Below are positions 47,352-56,147 of a stretch of DNA of 64,000 nucleotides, piece by piece (position 1 is the first letter of the stretch; each line of letters begins with the position of its first letter). The stretch lies in the NCBI GenBank assembly GCA_965237445.1, contig OZ250142.1:386824-450823 (forward strand), given 5' to 3'. This DNA is from Dehalococcoidia bacterium. Lineage in GTDB: Bacteria; Chloroflexota; Dehalococcoidia; Lucifugimonadales; G963668185. The notes beneath the pieces were generated by a model. The model saw nothing but the letters and a program-made list of their open reading frames with translations. It was not told the DNA's origin and did not search any database. The position numbers and the translations under genes were made by a program.

Positions 47352-48962
47352 TCAGCCCTGTTGTTGGGACTGGATCACGCCCTTGTTCTGCTCGACCAGC
47401 GTCTCGTACTCCTCGTCCGAAAGCGGCCGGCGCTGCCTGAACCACGAGACCCAGTTGTCGCGAGTGTCCTGCGTCTCCTCGTGCGGCCACATTACCCGCA
47501 GTGACAGCGGGCGTACGGGAGGCCGGTAGCTCATCATCGGGACGTCAGTCAGGTCCGTGCCAGACTCTTCCGCGAGCAGCATCATCACGTGCTCACGGCA
47601 CCGCCTGCCCTGGCAGTGACCCATGCCTGCACGGGTGAGCCGCTTCACCTGGTCGGGGTTCACTGGGCCGTCGCCCATTAGCGTACCCAGGTTCCGCGCG
47701 CTCATCTGCTCCGACTCCCACTCCAGGTATCTTGGGGGGGACACGTCGAGAAGCTCGCCCTTGGTGACCTCTTCGCACTGGCAGATGTAAGCGTCCAAGC
47801 CGCCAGCGTTGATCAAGGCGTGCATCCAACGCTTCCAGTGCGAGTGCACCTCGGATGAGCCCGCGCCATCCAGTGACGCGGCAAGTTCCGACCTCCTCGC
47901 GTGGGCGGTGGCGCTGTCCACTGCACCGAGCGATTCGGCGGCGGCGATGCCGGCAATGCGGCCCTGCGCCTCAGCAAAAGCCGGGTTGGCTACCATGCTG
48001 TCGTTGTAGCCGGCGGCGTCTCCGGCGATGAACACGTTATCGACGCTGGAGCGCATCCACTCGTCGACAACCGGCGCCCAGCCGCCGCGAGTTGAGTCGA
48101 AGGCCAGCTCGCACTGGAGCAGCGCCGGGAGCTCGACCGTCGGGACCATGCCGATGGCAAGGACGACGGAGTCGCAGACGATCTCGGTCTCGCTGCCGTC
48201 GACCACCTGGCCGCTGTCGTCGAGGCCCACGAGGACGACCGACTCGATGTCGTCAGTCGCGCTCCTGGCTTCCTTAATCGTGTGGGAGGTGTAGAAGGTC
48301 ACGCCCTTGCCTTCGAGCTCGGCTCGCAGGGCGTCATCTCCCTGAACCGTGGACGCCACTTCGACGACGCCCGAGACCGTGATGCCACGGTCCACTGCCA
48401 TCTTGGCCGTATTGAGGCCGAGGTTGCCGGAGCCCAGCACCACGATGTTCTGGGCCGTCAGCGCCTGGTAGCGGGTCATCAGCGAGTGTGCGCCGCCCGC
48501 ACCCATGCCGCCGGCGAATTGCCAGCCAGTAAAGCCCATGCCCAGGTCACGCGCTCCGGCGGCGACGATCAGCCGCTCGTAGCCGAGAATCCAGGACTTC
48601 TCGGTGTCTGCAAGTCCCACCTGCGGGCCGTCAAGCATGCGTACGTTGCGCGTGTTGCGGAACGCGCCCCAGCAGTAGATGCCGAGCTGGATGTCGACGC
48701 CCGCCTCTTCAGCCTCTACCAGCCCGGGGTTGGACTGCACGACGCGCTCCATCATCACGCCCCGGTCGGCGGCCGTGGGCAGGATGCGCTGACCGAAGTA
48801 CAGGGGCACATCCAGGCCCATCATGGACATCTCGATCGGGTTCTCGTCGATCAGCGTGACTTCGACGCCCGCTTTTGCGGCCTCGGTAGCAGCAGCACAA
48901 CCGGCCACTCCTGCGCCGATGACCACGAGAGGCGTTCGTTGCTCAACCTTTTGATAGACCAT
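47352..48962 (-). CDS. FAD/NAD(P)-binding oxidoreductase with a BFD-like [2Fe-2S] domain (HcnB/OoxA/sarcosine-oxidase-alpha-like)
   Basis: VVIGAGVAGCAAA and VVLGSGNLG dinucleotide motifs, a GD motif (FIAGDAAG), and C-x-C...C-x2-C (ICQCEEV....GHCQGRRC). Confidence 0.8.
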   Translation of the reverse strand: MVYQKVEQRTPLVVIGAGVAGCAAATEAAKAGVEVTLIDENPIEMSMMGLDVPLYFGQRILPTAADRGVMMERVVQSNPGLVEAEEAGVDIQLGIYCWGAFRNTRNVRMLDGPQVGLADTEKSWILGYERLIVAAGARDLGMGFTGWQFAGGMGAGGAHSLMTRYQALTAQNIVVLGSGNLGLNTAKMAVDRGITVSGVVEVASTVQGDDALRAELEGKGVTFYTSHTIKEARSATDDIESVVLVGLDDSGQVVDGSETEIVCDSVVLAIGMVPTVELPALLQCELAFDSTRGGWAPVVDEWMRSSVDNVFIAGDAAGYNDSMVANPAFAEAQGRIAGIAAAESLGAVDSATAHARRSELAASLDGAGSSEVHSHWKRWMHALINAGGLDAYICQCEEVTKGELLDVSPPRYLEWESEQMSARNLGTLMGDGPVNPDQVKRLTRAGMGHCQGRRCREHVMMLLAEESGTDLTDVPMMSYRPPVRPLSLRVMWPHEETQDTRDNWVSWFRQRRPLSDEEYETLVEQNKGVIQSQQQG

Positions 48963-49190
48963 GCTGTGTCCTCCGTTTTGCAGAGTATCCCGGCGGCTTT
49001 CTACGAAGCTTCCTCGGCTTTGGCGGACCCTTCGGCACGTTGCGTGAGTGAGGAATTCGGCGCCACTCCGAAAGCGCCTGAATTGTAAGTTGCTGCTAGT
49101 AGGCCGTCAACACGGGCCGCCCCATAGCAGCGTTGGTTTGGCCGGGATGAAATCGGGGCTGCTAGAGCAATTGGTTATGGAGTTACTCGA

Positions 49191-50024
49191 TCAGTGATCC
49201 TTAAGTCGGGCCGTTGCCGCCTCTTGAAACCTCTTACGCATCACTGAACGTTCTCCGAGGTCCAAGTCTCTTCCCAAGGCCGTTCTGCAGGAAGCCAACA
49301 GCCTGCTGTCGATCACCCTCGGAATGGGTGAGGAGGCCGCGAGGTTGTCTACGTCTACTAGCTCTTCCGGACTAAGAGAGCCAGCGAACCCCTCAATAAC
49401 TACACCAATGGCAGATTCCGGGTCCGGGACATCGGCAGAAGGCTTGATCATTCGCGGCAAGGACTCATGTACCACGGAGCCTTGCCTCAATCTCAAGAAT
49501 TCATCAATGTCGTCTTGACTCCATTCGGTTGTTGTATCCGATTCTTGCAGGAGCGTAAGCGACTGTGAGCCGCGGCTGGGTGCAATCCCCAAAAGGTGAA
49601 TGCGGACACCGAAGCTCTGAGCTAACTGAACACCTATTCTTAGGTCCTCATCTCCTGAGAGTACAATGGCATCGGTTATTGCCCGATTACGTGCAAGCTC
49701 AACAAGGTCTGTGACGATAAGGGAGTCAACACCCTTCTGCTGGCCGGTAGGAGTAACGATGCCAAGCCTCAACTTGACGTCGTCCAGGAACGACAGTTTC
49801 TCCTGTTGAGCGGAGAGTCTCCCCTTAACCAAGCCGTCATACCAATAGATGCGGAGCAGGCTTGCGCTGCTGGCTCTGCTCTGGGCAGCGACCCGTAGCT
49901 TTTCAATAATCTCGGGAAGTTTGAGGTCAACTCTTTCGCGCCGCAACTTCTGCCCGGAGAGGGCCTTGGATCCCTGAGCGTAGAGATAGCCAGCATCGAC
50001 AAAGACAGCGTAGCGCAAAGCCAT
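49191..50024 (-). CDS. NYN-domain (LabA/PIN-like) protein with an unassigned ~110-aa C-terminal extension
   Basis: AVFVDAGYL, QKGVDSLIVTDL and VLSGDEDL match NYN/LabA acidic motifs. GC is lower than in the surroundings. Confidence 0.7.
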   Translation of the reverse strand: MALRYAVFVDAGYLYAQGSKALSGQKLRRERVDLKLPEIIEKLRVAAQSRASSASLLRIYWYDGLVKGRLSAQQEKLSFLDDVKLRLGIVTPTGQQKGVDSLIVTDLVELARNRAITDAIVLSGDEDLRIGVQLAQSFGVRIHLLGIAPSRGSQSLTLLQESDTTTEWSQDDIDEFLRLRQGSVVHESLPRMIKPSADVPDPESAIGVVIEGFAGSLSPEELVDVDNLAASSPIPRVIDSRLLASCRTALGRDLDLGERSVMRKRFQEAATARLKDH

Positions 50025-50037
50025 TACCTAAGTCGCA

Positions 50038-50066
50038 AAAAAAGAGGATCCCCGAAGGAATCCTCA
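50038..50066 (-). terminator. Intrinsic terminator 14 nt upstream of the NYN start codon
   Basis: The minus strand reads gaggauuccuucggggauccuc followed by uuuuuuu. Confidence 0.7.
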
Positions 50067-50169
50067 GTATAGCCTACGCTCCAACTTTTCTAATAACGGG
50101 AGACGCTAGGCAGTTTCATAGTACTTTGGCACGGCGATTCCGTCAACACGGGCCTCTGGTGAAAAATGT

Positions 50170-50293
50170 GTTCCATTATGTTCCGTTTTGTTCCATTTCG
50201 TAGCTGGACCGAGGGGAGATACGAAACTGGAACGGAACATCTTTGGAACCTAAACGGAACCACTCCGGCACCAGAATGGAACACAAATGGAAC
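50170..50293. repeat. Nine phased GTTCC/GGAAC pentamers (3 in one orientation, 6 in the other)
   Basis: GTTCC at 50170, 50180 and 50190. GGAAC at 50229, 50234, 50245, 50256, 50278 and 50289. Spacings are 10, 10 / 5, 11, 11, 22, 11 nt. Central stem ttccatttcgta / tacgaaactggaa with a 17-nt loop. Confidence 0.85.
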
Positions 50294-50395
50294 ACCAGGG
50301 CATGGCCCGTTCGGCGGGCTCAGGACCCATAAGGGGGAGGGCTTGGTCCAATGACCCGATATCAGGTTGGAATCCGGTGTTCTTCTCATCAATGC

Positions 50396-50424
50396 ATATT
50401 AGCACAGCAGTTCGCTCAAGGCAA
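50396..50424 (-). promoter_or_regulatory. Putative sigma70-type promoter (-35 TTGCCT, 17-nt spacer, -10 TAATAT)
   Basis: Read on the minus strand. There is no experimental support, and eye-matched promoters are error-prone. Confidence 0.3.
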
Positions 50425-50499
50425 CTCTGCGGAGGCCAAAAGCGGGCGGCGCGGCGTTGGCTGGTAACATGACTCCGAGTCTACGTCCGGGGGACTGCC

Positions 50500-51189
50500 A
50501 TGAGCGACAACGGTCACATTACATCTGAACTCTTTCAGTTCCTGGCCGAACTCAGGCTGAACAACGAGCGCACCTGGTTCCAGGCCAACAAGGGCCGCTA
50601 CGAGAAGCACGTAAAGCAGCCGCTCCTTGAGTTTATCGCGGACTTCGGGGAACACCTGGAGCGCGTCAGCCCGCACTTCGTGGCGGACGCCCGCGGCAAC
50701 GGCGGCTCGATGTTCCGCATCTACAGGGACATGCGCTTCTCCAAGGACAAGACCCCGTACAAGACGGCCGCCGCCATGCAGTTCCGGCACGAGCGCGGTA
50801 AGGACGTTCACGCGCCCGGCTTCTATGTCCACCTGGAGCCCGGATCGGTGTTCTTCGGCGCGGGCATGTGGGGGCCGGACTCGGCCTCGCTGAAGCGGAT
50901 TCGCGCCGCTATCGACACCGGCGCCGTCAGGTGGCGCGGCGTGATGGACGACGACGACTTCGCGTCGACATTCTCGCTGCACGATGGCGGGCTCAAGAGG
51001 GCGCCGAAGGGCTACGACCCAGATCACCCGCTAATCGAGGACCTGAAGCGCAAGCACTTCATCGCGTCGGCGGAGCTATCGGAGGACGAGGCGTGCGAGC
51101 CGGGCTTCATGTTCGAGGTAGCGGACCTGTGCGATAGGGCATCGGGTTTCGTGAGGTTTCTCACCGACGCCGTGGGGCTGAAGTTCTGA
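50500..51189 (+). CDS. DUF2461 (TIGR02453) family protein
   Basis: FLAELRLNNERTWFQANKGRYE, RIYRDMRFSKDKTPYK and GFYVHLEPG are characteristic of the family. Confidence 0.8.
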   Translation: MSDNGHITSELFQFLAELRLNNERTWFQANKGRYEKHVKQPLLEFIADFGEHLERVSPHFVADARGNGGSMFRIYRDMRFSKDKTPYKTAAAMQFRHERGKDVHAPGFYVHLEPGSVFFGAGMWGPDSASLKRIRAAIDTGAVRWRGVMDDDDFASTFSLHDGGLKRAPKGYDPDHPLIEDLKRKHFIASAELSEDEACEPGFMFEVADLCDRASGFVRFLTDAVGLKF

Positions 51190-51197
51190 AGGTAAAA

Positions 51198-52601
51198 GTG
51201 CAGGCCCCGACGAATAGCCCATGCAACATAGCTAAGCGAGGGTTACAGCTTGCTCTAGGTGTTCTTGTCGTCTTGACCTCACTGTTGGGCGGTTGCTCAT
51301 CTTCGCAACCGTCGGACAGTCAAGACTCGGAGCCGTTGGTCAAGGCTAGTCCCAGTCCTGCTGTGACGTCCTCCATTTCTGAGCCGATTGTCTCCACGTC
51401 ATCGCCCTCACCTACACCTTCGCCCACACCGACGCCAAGTAGGGACTATTCCATGTATGCCAAGGTTCCTGAGCACATGGCTTACGTCTGGTGGAACTGG
51501 GGAAGCAATCAAGTTAGCTTCCGCGAGCTTCTGGTGGAACTCACCATTCATAATGACATCGGCGACTTCTCCGAGCACAACGGCATCTACCTAATGCTCA
51601 GTCAAGGCAGCATAGCCGACGTCAGCTACTACTTCGGTATTCAGACATCGGTCTTCGACCCAAGAGTCGGTGGACGTCAAGGAGAGGGGCTGATCTTCTC
51701 AAGGTGGGACACGCGGAACCTCGACAACGCCCGCGTCCCGGACGGTGGATGGACTCAATCTTCCGGACACGAAGGGGACTTTATCGGAGTCAGGATTTCA
51801 TACGACTGGGGTGCTGGCGACTATGAGCTGCGCCTAGCGTCCGACGGCCTGGACACTGACGGCAAGTGGTATGGCCTGTGGATCACCGACCTCGAGTCGG
51901 ATAATACCACGTGGGTCGGTTCGCTCAAGTTCCCGTACGTCGACGGTCAGGCTCTTATCAAGCCCCCGTCCTATACGACGATTGAAATCTATGGGTCGAG
52001 TCCGATCCGCCCGATTGACATCCCGGAGATCGCCATCACCGTCAAGATGCCTATGGGAGACGGAGTCCCTCCGACTCTCGGATGTCTGGGCTATTCGGCC
52101 TTCAATGGCGAGATTGAAAACTCCGAGGTCAGGCACGACCAAGAGACCAATTCCGTGTACCTGAAGGCCGGTGGTCTGACGCAACGCGAGACTGTCCACG
52201 CGGAGTGCATCAGATTCCAGACTGTCCCGGCGCCCGAACCTCCCGGCATCCGAGGATCGGTCACCGGACCAGAGGGTCAGCCACTTGAACGGATAGCGCT
52301 GTGGGTTAAACGAGCGGAAGAGACATACTCGGTCGTAACTGGACCGAACGGGACATTCGATGTAGTTGTTCCATCCGGAACATTCATCGTGGAAGTGTCG
52401 GTACTGTTCGATTCCGAGTACTTCTTTGTGGGATGGTACGACGGCACTGGCGGCATAACCACTGACGCCAGCCAAAGGTTCGCGGTGACAGTAGGCGACA
52501 CCGTCGTCGAAGGCGTAGACATCATGCTCCCGAAGGACACCGACGGTCTGCTGTGTCCGTCAGGCTCACACCGTTCTACTATAACCGGACGCTGCCCATA
52601 G
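51198..52601 (+). CDS. Hypothetical lipoprotein; the C-terminal carboxypeptidase-regulatory-like beta-sandwich assignment is tentative
   Basis: GTG start, LTSLLGGC lipobox and a Ser/Pro-rich linker. 467 aa, lower GC. The central domain is unassigned (possibly DUF3472-like). Confidence 0.6.
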   Translation: MQAPTNSPCNIAKRGLQLALGVLVVLTSLLGGCSSSQPSDSQDSEPLVKASPSPAVTSSISEPIVSTSSPSPTPSPTPTPSRDYSMYAKVPEHMAYVWWNWGSNQVSFRELLVELTIHNDIGDFSEHNGIYLMLSQGSIADVSYYFGIQTSVFDPRVGGRQGEGLIFSRWDTRNLDNARVPDGGWTQSSGHEGDFIGVRISYDWGAGDYELRLASDGLDTDGKWYGLWITDLESDNTTWVGSLKFPYVDGQALIKPPSYTTIEIYGSSPIRPIDIPEIAITVKMPMGDGVPPTLGCLGYSAFNGEIENSEVRHDQETNSVYLKAGGLTQRETVHAECIRFQTVPAPEPPGIRGSVTGPEGQPLERIALWVKRAEETYSVVTGPNGTFDVVVPSGTFIVEVSVLFDSEYFFVGWYDGTGGITTDASQRFAVTVGDTVVEGVDIMLPKDTDGLLCPSGSHRSTITGRCP

Positions 52602-52678
52602 GAGTGATGGTCCGACGAGATGAGTGGGACTCGAAGGTACCTAAGACTGCGGCGCAGTGTGCCGCCCGACGCAGCCGC

Positions 52679-53575
52679 CTACAGGTGCGCCAGGTACTGG
52701 GCGACAAAGTCCATGTTCACGAGGCCGCGGTAGGCGTCGGTCAGGCGGTTGGTGACGGCGCCGGGTGGCATCGCCGATTGTCACGCCGTTGATCTGGGAC
52801 ACGGGGCAGATGCACAGGCTGGTTGAGGTGATGAACGCCTCGTCCGCGTTGTAGGCGTCGAACAGGTCCAGGTCGGTCTTCTGTACCTCCAGCGCCCACC
52901 TCGTGGGCCAGGTCGATCACCGTCTCTCGGCTGATGCCGGGCAGCACGTACCTGTCCTGCGGGGTCATCACCACGCCATCGCGCACGAGGAAGATGTTGC
53001 TGCCTGAGCCCTCGCACAGGTTGCCGTTCATGTCCAGCAGGATGGGCCAGCCGTCCGGGTTCTGCGCCTTCACCTCCAGGCCGGCCAGGTTCAGGTTGAC
53101 GTAGTTGTTGACCTTGGCGCGCGGGCTCATCGCCTCCGGCGGCGTGCGGCGGATCGAGGGCGTGACCACGTGCATCCCGTCACGGTAGTAGTGCGCCCGC
53201 TCGGGAAGGGGAAGCGGGTCGCAGTGGAAACAGCACCGTCGGCTGCAGGCCGTCCGGAGTCCTGACGCCGCGCGTGATGCGCTGGAACACCCAGTAGTCG
53301 CTGTTGTCGTCCAGCAGCGGCAGGTTGCGCTCCAGCACCTGCATCGTGATGTCCGCCATTTCTTGCCGCGACATGCCCGGATCGATGCGCATGTACTTGA
53401 GCGTCCTGTAGAACCGGTCCAGGTGCTCCTTCAGCTTGAAGATACGGCCGTCGAACGTGCGCGTGGTGTCGAACGCCGCGTCGCCGTACGTGAAACCGAC
53501 GTCCCGGAACGGGATGCTGGCCTCGCTCTCGGGGACGATGCGCCCGTTAAGATAGACGACTCGCTCAGTTGCCAT
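52679..53575 (-). pseudogene. Class IV (branched-chain / D-amino-acid) aminotransferase gene with at least three frame changes
   Basis: The N-terminal part is in frame 53180-53575 and the middle in 52741-53175 (EGSGSNIF, LPGISR). The C-terminal part (LEVQKTDLDLFDAYNADEAFITSTS, then PGAVTNRLTDAYRGL...) is in two further frames and ends at TAG 52679-52681. Shifts lie near 53229 (A/T run), about 52890 and about 52767. Confidence 0.75.
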
Positions 53576-53701
53576 GCGACTTCTCCCTATGTCTTACGAC
53601 CTTGAGTGGACGCTCCGGCCCACAGGCTGCCGACACGCGTCGCCGGCGCTGGCCTTCGAGCGCTAGCCGTCCTGTCCCGCGACGCGCGACCGGCGGTGGT
53701 A

Positions 53702-54013
53702 TCAGAGGGAGAACGGCGGGTAGCGGTCCGTCCAGCCAGCCAGCCACGCGTTCGTGCGCATCGACCACCGTTGTATCCCGACTTGCAAGTTGAACATGCC
53801 CCTCGGATAGCTCCCCGTGATGAGCACAGCCCAGTATCCGATGTACATGAGGAGGAAGCCAACCATCGACAGGAAGTAGAGCACAATAATGTGGGGGATC
53901 AGGGCCAGCCCCTTGACCAGGAACAAAATGCCAAAGAGTGCCCACATCCTGGAAGGCGCCTCAGGATAGCCGACCTCCAGCGTAACAGGATATTCGCTAT
54001 CGCCTGTTGTCAT
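53702..54013 (-). CDS. DUF4389-like small membrane protein
   Basis: 103 aa with two TM segments. The ending ...RWSMRTNAWLAGWTDRYPPFSL is typical of DUF4389. Confidence 0.6.
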   Translation of the reverse strand: MTTGDSEYPVTLEVGYPEAPSRMWALFGILFLVKGLALIPHIIVLYFLSMVGFLLMYIGYWAVLITGSYPRGMFNLQVGIQRWSMRTNAWLAGWTDRYPPFSL

Positions 54014-54127
54014 GCGTACACCCCCTTAGGTTACTTAAGGCTAGTTTGTCACTCCCCTTTGTGCATTGCAACAAGCCCGGCCTAACGTTCGGGGCCGCTG
54101 CCCTGCGGCCGGTGATATGCTGGCCTC

Positions 54128-55054
54128 ATGCGGCTACTTTTCATGGGCACGCCAGACTTCGCTGCTCCGGTGCTGGATGCGCTGCTGGAAGCGGACCATG
54201 ACGTAGCTGCCGTCTTCACCAAGCCGGACCGGCGGCGTGGACGCACGAGACGTCAGCAACACCCGTCCGTCGAGACTTACGCTCTCGGCGATGGGCTGCC
54301 GGTGCACCAGTCCGTGTCGCTGCACGGCCCCGAAGCACTGCGTCTCATTGCCGGACTTGAGCCGGACCTGATCGTGGTTGCGGCGTACGGGCTGCTCCTG
54401 CCTGCGGCCGTCCTGGACTTGCCGAAGCTCAAGACGCTGAACGTGCACCCGTCCATGCTCCCCGCCTACCGGGGCGCGGCGCCGGTGTCACAGGCGATCC
54501 TGGACGGAGCCGATACGACGGGTGTGACGATCATGGTGCTGGACGAAGGGCTGGACAGCGGCCCGATCGTCGTGCAGGAGGAGACCGCTATCGGCGGGGA
54601 TGAAGACGCGGCAGCACTCACGCGGCGGCTGTTCGAGATCGGCGGCCGGCTCCTCGTCGACACGCTGCCTCGATGGGAGCGCGGTGAGATCGAGGCGCTG
54701 GACCAGGACGATTCGCTTGCCACGATCACCCGGCGCCTCACCCGCGATGACGGGCGGATCGACTGGTCGCGACCTGCGTCTTATCTGGCTCGAAAGGTCA
54801 GGGCGCACACGCCCTGGCCAGGGTCGTTCACGCACTGGCAGAGCGGGGTCCTGAAAATTATCGAGGCGTCGGTGCAATGCGAAGCCGGGACAAGAACTCC
54901 CGGACACGTGGCCGCCATCGATGGCGGCGCGGCGGTGGGCACGGGCTGCGGGCTGCTCACGCTGCACGAGGTGCAGCTTGAAGGCCGCCGGCCAATGAAG
55001 ATCGATGAGTTTCTTCGCGGGCACGTCGATTTCATCAGCGCAGCCTTGGGGTAG
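54128..55054 (+). CDS. fmt: Methionyl-tRNA formyltransferase
   Basis: MRLLFMGTPDFAAPVL N-terminus, HPSMLPAYRGAAP motif and a C-terminal Fmt domain. 308 aa. Confidence 0.9.
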   Translation: MRLLFMGTPDFAAPVLDALLEADHDVAAVFTKPDRRRGRTRRQQHPSVETYALGDGLPVHQSVSLHGPEALRLIAGLEPDLIVVAAYGLLLPAAVLDLPKLKTLNVHPSMLPAYRGAAPVSQAILDGADTTGVTIMVLDEGLDSGPIVVQEETAIGGDEDAAALTRRLFEIGGRLLVDTLPRWERGEIEALDQDDSLATITRRLTRDDGRIDWSRPASYLARKVRAHTPWPGSFTHWQSGVLKIIEASVQCEAGTRTPGHVAAIDGGAAVGTGCGLLTLHEVQLEGRRPMKIDEFLRGHVDFISAALG

Positions 55055-55073
55055 CGCCAACCCGGCAGCCGGG

Positions 55074-56147
55074 CTACAACAGCCGCGGCTGCTCGTCGTC
55101 GTCCGACGCCTCATCCGATTCGCTCACGAAGCCGGACACGCCGACGCCCAGCAGTCTGAACTGGCGGTCCTCTCTTAGCTCAGCCTCCAGCAGGCTTCGC
55201 GCCACGCGGCCGAGCTCGTCCGCAGATGCAACGGCCTCCGGCAGCGTCCGTTGGCGCGTAAACGTGGTGAAGTCCGACAGCCGCAGCTTGAGCTTCACGG
55301 TGTGCCCCGGCATCTCGTTTTGCTCCAGACTCTCGGCCACGCGGGTACTGAGGTCGTCAATGATCGAGAAGAGCCGGTCGGCGTCGCCGGTGTCCTCCGC
55401 GAGCGTGGTCTCGGAACTGATCGACTTGACCTCGCGCTCCACGGACACGGGGCTGTCGTCCCTGCCGAACACCAGGTCGCGAATGCGCGCACCCGTCTTA
55501 CCGAACTGCGCATCGAACCACGACCGCGGTCTGGCGGCGAGGTCGCCTATCGTGCGAACGCCCTCGGACTCGAGGCGCTGGGCAGTCTTGGGACCGATGC
55601 CCCACAGCCGGGAGGCGGGCAGCGGCGCCAGGAAGTCTTGCTCCGTGCCGGCGGGCACTATCGTGAGACCGTTCGGCTTGTCGAAGTCCGAAGCGATCTT
55701 CGCGACCGATCGGCTCGTCGCCACGCCCACAGAGATCGTCAAGCCCAGCGTGTCCTTGACCTCACGCCGGAGCTCGGCGCCGATGATGCCCGGCCCTCTT
55801 CCATCCGAGACGACGTCCGTAACGTCGAGGAACGCCTCATCCAGCGACATCGGCTGCACCAGCGGCGTTATCTCGCGAAAGATCGCCATGACGGTCCGGG
55901 AGACCTCATGGTACCGATCGAATCGCGCAGGAACCCTCACCGCGTGCGGGCAGCGCTGCAATGCCGTGCGCATCGGCATGGCGGACCGGACGCCGAACGC
56001 GCGGGCTTCGTACGAACAGGCCGCCACCACGCCGCGGGAGTCGGCGCTGCCACCAACGACAACTGGCCTGCCCCTCAACTCGGGGTTGTCCAGTTGCTCC
56101 ACCGAGGCGTAGAACGCGTCGAAGTCTGCGTGGAGTATGTGTCGCAT
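55074..56147 (-). CDS. dinB: DNA polymerase IV (Y-family)
   Basis: ILHADFDAFYASVEQ, SLDEAFLDVT and the C-terminal little-finger region. ATG 56147 is chosen as the start; the ORF is open to 56180. Confidence 0.9.
   Translation of the reverse strand: MRHILHADFDAFYASVEQLDNPELRGRPVVVGGSADSRGVVAACSYEARAFGVRSAMPMRTALQRCPHAVRVPARFDRYHEVSRTVMAIFREITPLVQPMSLDEAFLDVTDVVSDGRGPGIIGAELRREVKDTLGLTISVGVATSRSVAKIASDFDKPNGLTIVPAGTEQDFLAPLPASRLWGIGPKTAQRLESEGVRTIGDLAARPRSWFDAQFGKTGARIRDLVFGRDDSPVSVEREVKSISSETTLAEDTGDADRLFSIIDDLSTRVAESLEQNEMPGHTVKLKLRLSDFTTFTRQRTLPEAVASADELGRVARSLLEAELREDRQFRLLGVGVSGFVSESDEASDDDEQPRLL

Larger units (their letters stand above)
50038..50389 (-). ncRNA. Candidate ~350-nt structured RNA or 5' leader bounded by a sigma70-like promoter and an intrinsic terminator
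   Basis: Promoter-like TTGCCT-N17-TAATAT (50424-50396). A long imperfect hairpin is built from GUUCC/GGAAC repeats (50170-50293). The terminator is at 50066-50038. The only ORF here (50090-50392) is repeat-driven and starts at the predicted TSS. Confidence 0.35.

Noticed and set aside
50365-50375. ggttggaatcc resembling a tRNA T-arm (possible tRNA or att-site fragment)
   Set aside because: The flanking bases do not form a T-stem or an acceptor stem, and no cloverleaf can be drawn. No tRNA was recognised anywhere in the window.
50090-50392. 100-aa minus-strand ORF in the NYN / DUF2461 spacer
   Set aside because: Its sequence is dictated by the GTTCC/GGAAC repeats (recurring VPF/FH strings). 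It has no SD, and its start coincides with the predicted transcription start. It is treated as non-coding.
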